A stretch of 32,712 bases of DNA from a bacterium (GTDB taxonomy: Bacteria; Zhuqueibacterota; Zhuqueibacteria; Zhuqueibacterales; Zhuqueibacteraceae), in contig JBIOXB010000120.1 in assembly GCA_044869275.1 (NCBI GenBank), forward strand, positions 1-32,712, written 5' to 3'. The first letter of the stretch is position 1. Each line of letters begins with the position of its first letter. This document shows, in pieces, positions 28,523 to 32,712 of the stretch. The position numbers and the translations under genes were made by a program. Below the pieces are notes generated by a model. It was not told the DNA's origin. It did not search any database and worked only from the letters and a program-made list of their open reading frames with translations.

Positions 28523-28867
28523 GGCTGCTTCCTCCTTACAAAGCCAAGTGCAGTGGGTTGATCTTGAATTAGCGAGCTGTGCATGCATGCCGTCATTGCG
28601 GCGATTACCACGAGCTTCAGGCCAAGATGCCTGCCTCTGTTGACCTCGCAGGGGTAGACGCAACACGCGTGAGATGCAAAGCTCAAGAATTCGCGCAGGC
28701 GGTTGCCTGTGCGTCTTTTTACAATATCGCAAAAAGTGTGCTACCAGATTCTCTGAACGCTGGAGAATCCTTTCATCCATGCCACCATTTGCGGTGATCA
28801 TACGATCAAATACCCAACCCAAAGCTTGCAAAAAGGTAAAGATGCATTGAGGTTACAGCCAGTTTAT

Positions 28868-28896
28868 AAAGTAATGGGGAGGTGCAAGAAATGCAA
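28868..28896 (-). promoter_or_regulatory. Possible sigma70 promoter for the large secreted protein gene
   Basis: Minus strand TTGCAT-N17-TACTTT in an AT-rich intergenic stretch. Confidence 0.35.
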
Positions 28897-28942
28897 GACA
28901 ATTTTCGAAAGAGATCATATGATTTCCTCACGTTTCTTTGTT

Positions 28943-30415
28943 TCAGGCTTTGCTCTTCAGCGCAAAACTGAACCGTGAGCCCTTGCCTACGGTGCTGTGC
29001 ACTTGTACGGGACTGCCATGCGCTTCGACGATGTGTTTGACGATGGCGAGCCCCAAGCCCGTGCCCCCAACAGCACGCGAGCGCTCTTTATCGACGCGAT
29101 AAAAACGCTCGAAGATGCGGCTGTGATGCTCTTCCGGAATGCCGCGGCCGGTATCAGCCACAAAAACTTCCACCTCTTTATTACTATTCTTTTTGTCGCG
29201 ATACCCGACTTCTACTTTGCCGTCCGCATTATTGTACTTGACGGCATTATCGACCAAATTGCTGATCACCTGCCCCAATCTTTCGCGATCGCCGAGTACG
29301 GAAAGGGGGGAAGACGGCCGCGCTGTCACCAGGCGCAACGCGACGCCCTGCTCCGTGGCTTTCGCCTGCATGTCCGCCACTTGCTTGGCCAGCCACTCAT
29401 GCAAATCAAAATAGCGAAAGCTCATTTTCATTTCCCCGGATTCAATGCGCGAGATGTCGATCAAGTCCGTGAGCAGGTTGTTGAGCCGGCCCGCCTGGCG
29501 ATATGCTTTCTCGATGAAATCCCGGCGGAGGTGCTCGCTTTCGACTTTGCCATAGAGCAGGGTTTCGAGATAGCCTTGCACCGCGAAAATCGGCGTGCTC
29601 AATTCATGCGAGACGTTGCCGAGAAACTGGCTGCGCATGGTCTGCAGCTTGCGCATCTGCTTTAGGTCGTCGCGCAACTTGGCCAGCATCTCGTTGAGCA
29701 AATCCGCCAGATCGCCGATCTCGTCGTTGGTGGTGCGCTCGAAGTGGGCCTCCCAATCGCCCTGGCGTACGGAATCCGCGACGACAGCCAGGTGGCGCAC
29801 GGGCATGGTCATACGGTACGAAAACAGGTAGCTCATCGCACCGATCAGCAAAATCGCCAGTCCGCTGGCCGCAAAAATTTTCCAGCGCAAATCGCCCAGA
29901 ACTTTCTCGACCTCCGCCAGCGGAATCGCGAGGCGAATGAAACGCAGCTTGGGCAGCAGGCCCGCGGCCGCCAATTCGGGCGAAACTTGTTTGGCGACAT
30001 AGAACAAGCGGCGGTGCACGGTTGCGCTCAAGCGCTCATGCCCGCCAAGCCCTTCGCGCAACGCCTGCTGCAGCTCCGGGCGCATAAAATGATTTTCCAC
30101 ATAGGCGAGTGCGGCCTCGGGCACGTCGGACTCGAACAATACCACGCCGGTCGAATCGATGAGCGTCAAACGCGCGCGCGCCGCGTGTGAGAAGTCCATG
30201 AGTGCCTGATACTGCAAATCGGAGGGATTCGAGCCGAACTTGTGCGTCACCAGCAAGTATTCGATTTCTTCAAGCTGCGTTTTGAGCTGCTGGAACAGGC
30301 GCGATTTGTAATACCGCTGCAATTGGTAGGAGGCGATCAAGCTTGCTGCCAGGGTCACGACGGTGATGAGAAAAAGGTGAGTAAAGGTTAAACGATAGCG
30401 CAGTGAGATTTTCAT
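28943..30415 (-). CDS. phoR: PhoR-like sensor histidine kinase (2 TM, HAMP, HisKA, HATPase)
   Basis: NVSHELSTP H-box, NLVDNAVKYN, and FERFYRVDKERSRAVGGTGLGLAIVKHI. Periplasmic ENHFMRPE. Pho-box-like arrays nearby. Confidence 0.8.
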   Translation of the reverse strand: MKISLRYRLTFTHLFLITVVTLAASLIASYQLQRYYKSRLFQQLKTQLEEIEYLLVTHKFGSNPSDLQYQALMDFSHAARARLTLIDSTGVVLFESDVPEAALAYVENHFMRPELQQALREGLGGHERLSATVHRRLFYVAKQVSPELAAAGLLPKLRFIRLAIPLAEVEKVLGDLRWKIFAASGLAILLIGAMSYLFSYRMTMPVRHLAVVADSVRQGDWEAHFERTTNDEIGDLADLLNEMLAKLRDDLKQMRKLQTMRSQFLGNVSHELSTPIFAVQGYLETLLYGKVESEHLRRDFIEKAYRQAGRLNNLLTDLIDISRIESGEMKMSFRYFDLHEWLAKQVADMQAKATEQGVALRLVTARPSSPLSVLGDRERLGQVISNLVDNAVKYNNADGKVEVGYRDKKNSNKEVEVFVADTGRGIPEEHHSRIFERFYRVDKERSRAVGGTGLGLAIVKHIVEAHGSPVQVHSTVGKGSRFSFALKSKA

Positions 30416-30420
30416 GCCAG

Positions 30421-31110
30421 TTATTCTTCGGCTTTGAGCCGGTAGCCCACGCCTTTAATGGTTTCAATGAAGGGCATATGTTCGTCGCCCAGCTTCTCAC
30501 GGATCTTGCGAATGTGCACGTCGATGGTGCGGTCGATGACCACCACATTGTCGCCCCAGATTTCATTCAACAGCGTGTCGCGCGTCACCACGCGTCCGGG
30601 GCGCCGGGCGAGAAAGACCAGCAATTCGAATTCCTTCTTAGTGAAGGAAACGGGCGTGCCGGCCACGCTGACGGAATACTTCGAGGTATTGATTTCCACT
30701 TCGCCGAATTGCAGAACTTCCTCCTGGTTCTGCTCGAGGCTGCGCGCTTTCCGCAACACCATTTTGACGCGCGCCAGCAGTTTGCGCATGCTGATGGGTT
30801 TGGATATGTAATCATCCGCACCCAGCTCCAACCCTACCACTTCGTCGATCTCGCTGGCTTTGGCCGTGAGAAAAATCACGGGAATTCTTTGCGTCCCGGG
30901 GCTTTGCCGCAATTGCCGCATCACCTCCCAGCCGTCCTTGCCGGGCAGCATCACGTCCAGAATGATCAAATCGGGATTGTTCTTGGCGCGCTCCAGAGCC
31001 TGCATGCCATCATTGGCAAGCACGGTTTCATAACCTTCAGCCTCCAAGTTGTATTTGAGCAGGTCCAAAATATCTTGCTCGTCGTCAACGATTAAAATGC
31101 GTTTGGCCAT
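30421..31110 (-). CDS. phoB: OmpR/PhoB-family response regulator (PhoB/PhoP-like)
   Basis: Receiver domain (VDDE, LDVMLP, LGADDYISKP) plus winged helix (RTIDVHIRKIREKLG, IETIKGVGYR). GGAG RBS. Confidence 0.8.
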   Translation of the reverse strand: MAKRILIVDDEQDILDLLKYNLEAEGYETVLANDGMQALERAKNNPDLIILDVMLPGKDGWEVMRQLRQSPGTQRIPVIFLTAKASEIDEVVGLELGADDYISKPISMRKLLARVKMVLRKARSLEQNQEEVLQFGEVEINTSKYSVSVAGTPVSFTKKEFELLVFLARRPGRVVTRDTLLNEIWGDNVVVIDRTIDVHIRKIREKLGDEHMPFIETIKGVGYRLKAEE

Positions 31111-31141
31111 TTGGTCTCCATGCTGCCACGGTTACTGCACA

Positions 31142-31216
31142 TACTCTAACTTTACTCTTACTCGCTCCAGATCATCGGCAGCGAGTAAGAGCAGGAGTAT
31201 GAGTACGATTATGAGC
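31142..31216. repeat. Inverted hexamer-repeat hairpin (TACTCT/AGAGTA type)
   Basis: Perfect 12-bp stem CTCTTACTCGCT (31155-31166)/AGCGAGTAAGAG (31180-31191), flanked by further degenerate units. Confidence 0.75.
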
Positions 31217-31421
31217 TGCTATGCCTCTTGCCTTTCAGCGCCTTCGTTTCGCGTACAAATAAACACCTGGCGCCAAAATATACAATACAAATTTTCTTGA
31301 AGCACGCGCTTTTTCCGGAAAAATTTGATTTTTCTTTTTTCCGTGAATTGTTTGCCTCCGTTTCCCCGCCGATACCCGCTTTGCATGCCAAATCCTTGTC
31401 ATGCCCTCTCCCGTTTGAAGG

Positions 31422-31472
31422 CTTAACATAAATTTAACGCGAATTAAATGTTGCCGTTATCTTCTGGTAATC
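31422..31472 (+). promoter_or_regulatory. Pho-box-like direct repeats
   Basis: CTTAACA (31422) and TTTAACG (31433) lie 11 bp apart, followed by weaker units. Confidence 0.55.
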
Positions 31473-31616
31473 TCCGGCTTCTTCACACATTCTTCATTGG
31501 ACGTTCATCTTGCTTTGATACCCGATTGCTATTTTCACGCAAAGAACAAACCAATTAGACTTGTGTTCCGGCTCTTGTTGAGACGGCGTGTCACGTCAAT
31601 CAAAAGGAGATCATCC

Positions 31617-32003
31617 ATGCTGCAAATTACCATGCCACTCTCCGCCTCCGTAAATGACTTTCACGCGGAAATGGCGGAATGCCGGCCGGTGGCCGCGGTG
31701 GAAGTTGCAATACAAGGCAAACACAAACATGTGACCATTCAGCTCCAAGGAGCGATTGTCGGAGAACATACCACAGCGTTTCTCGATTTTTTGAAAGCTG
31801 TCTCGCACTTCGTTGGCACGCATTGGGCGGTCCAGATGAAGGATTTGAAGGTGATGAGCCTGCAGGGTATCTGGCATCTCGTGCAATTTGCCGAGCTCTT
31901 GCGCGCGCGGGGACAAAAACTCGAAGTACACAGTGTACACCGCAACGTCTATGTGACGCTACAAGAACTCGATGTGGTGCGTGTTTTTTCCTGGGCGGAT
32001 TAA
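31617..32003 (+). CDS. STAS-domain protein
   Basis: AAGGAG RBS before ATG 31617. STAS pattern I.LQG.I...MKDLKVMSLQGI..L.......RARGQKL.V..V..NV...LQ..DV..VF. Confidence 0.75.
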   Translation: MLQITMPLSASVNDFHAEMAECRPVAAVEVAIQGKHKHVTIQLQGAIVGEHTTAFLDFLKAVSHFVGTHWAVQMKDLKVMSLQGIWHLVQFAELLRARGQKLEVHSVHRNVYVTLQELDVVRVFSWAD

Positions 32004-32108
32004 GTCGTTATTCTCGAAGAATAATCCCTCTCTTGTGAAGCGCTTGGCGGCTGCCGGGAGACATCAGTGTGGGGAAGGCAGGATATGGAGGAAGTTTGTC
32101 CGAGAGGG

Positions 32109-32163
32109 CTTAACAATTCTTTAATACCGTCTTCATTGCTGGTTAAAACCGGCGTGCTAAACT
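32109..32163 (+). promoter_or_regulatory. Four-repeat Pho-box-like array with extended -10
   Basis: CTTAACA/TTTAATA/CTTCATT/GTTAAAA at 32109, 32120, 32131 and 32142 (period 11), then TGcTAAACT at 32155-32163. Confidence 0.7.
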
Positions 32164-32342
32164 CGTTTGGGCCAAAAAATCCTGCCTGCAGTAAGCACTG
32201 ACACAGTTTAGTTTCGTGATGTGGCAAAGACCGGAAAAGCGTTTGCATGGCACACGCCAATCTGAACTAGAAAATCGGCGCTTGCCGCGTCTTGCCAAAC
32301 TACGGCGACTTACATTTATCTCACTAAATGCGCGGAGGATAC

Positions 32343-32712
32343 ATGTATCGAAGAATCGGTACACTCTTGCTGACAGTGTTGTTCCAGAGCGTTTTGGCCA
32401 TTGCCGGAAATATCGCGGTCTCTGGCAACATCACCGTGAATACGACCTTCACGAATGACAACACCTATCTGCTGCAAGGATTCGTTTACGTGAAAAGCGG
32501 GGCGACATTAACGATTCAACCGGGCACGATTATTTACGGCGATAAAGACAGCAAGGGGGCTTTGATTATCGAGCAAGGTGGAAAGATCATGGCCGAGGGC
32601 ACGGCGGCTCAGCCCATTGTCTTCACCAGCGCATTACCCGCGGGCCAGCGCAACTACGGCGACTGGGGCGGGTTGATCCTCTGCGGCCGCGCGCCGATTA
32701 ATGTTCCGGGCG
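32343..32712 (+). CDS. Secreted beta-helix-like protein, 3'-truncated (not in ORF track)
   Basis: GGAGG RBS. Reads MYRRIGTLLLTVLFQSVLAIAGNI...GATLTIQPGTIIYG...KIMAEGTAAQPIVFTS...GDWGGLILCGRAPINVPG and is open to the window end. Confidence 0.9.
   Translation, partial: MYRRIGTLLLTVLFQSVLAIAGNIAVSGNITVNTTFTNDNTYLLQGFVYVKSGATLTIQPGTIIYGDKDSKGALIIEQGGKIMAEGTAAQPIVFTSALPAGQRNYGDWGGLILCGRAPINVPG

Noticed and set aside
28523..28831. 103-aa N-terminal extension of the large secreted protein
   Set aside because: Not protein-like. A strong AAGGAGG and a signal-like segment support 28522.
178..31095. Long antisense/overlapping ORFs (e.g. 178-1155, 2336-3604, 10034-11152, 18435-19535, 22856-23830, 24344-25726, 27155-28198, 30403-31095)
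   Set aside because: Shadow frames of well-supported genes in GC-rich DNA, with no recognisable motifs.
31497..31616. Extended start of the STAS gene
   Set aside because: AAGGAG precedes ATG 31617 and the upstream part has no domain character.

Overview
GC-rich bacterial chromosomal region. The gene style (FlgD-Ig/T9SS-type C-terminal sorting domains, short-unit intergenic repeat hairpins) suggests an FCB-group lineage such as KSB1, which is an inference. Left part: a Rieske Fe-S gene, an unannotated small membrane ORF, two tandem ADP-glucose pyrophosphorylase paralogs (one degenerate), an NDP-sugar pyrophosphorylase/phosphomutase-like fusion, greA, mutY with a near-intact Nudix box, and clpS. 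Middle (all minus strand): secreted proteins (a ~2060-aa Ig-repeat giant, a stand-alone paralog of its N-terminal domain, a small protein ending TWGSIKAMFR, and two more C-terminally sorted proteins sharing a 'GDEIG' domain), interleaved with speB, pyrC, an M14 peptidase and yjbQ. Right: a PhoB/PhoR-like two-component pair, divergent from a STAS gene and a truncated secreted beta-helix-like gene, with 11-bp-periodic Pho-box-like arrays. The most striking signal is a duplicated non-coding architecture upstream of both the giant gene and its small paralog. It has an identical 17-bp sigma54-like box and an identical 20-bp palindromic box at exactly the same spacing, plus a 23/27-bp upstream box. 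No rRNA, tRNA, CRISPR array or transposase was recognised.
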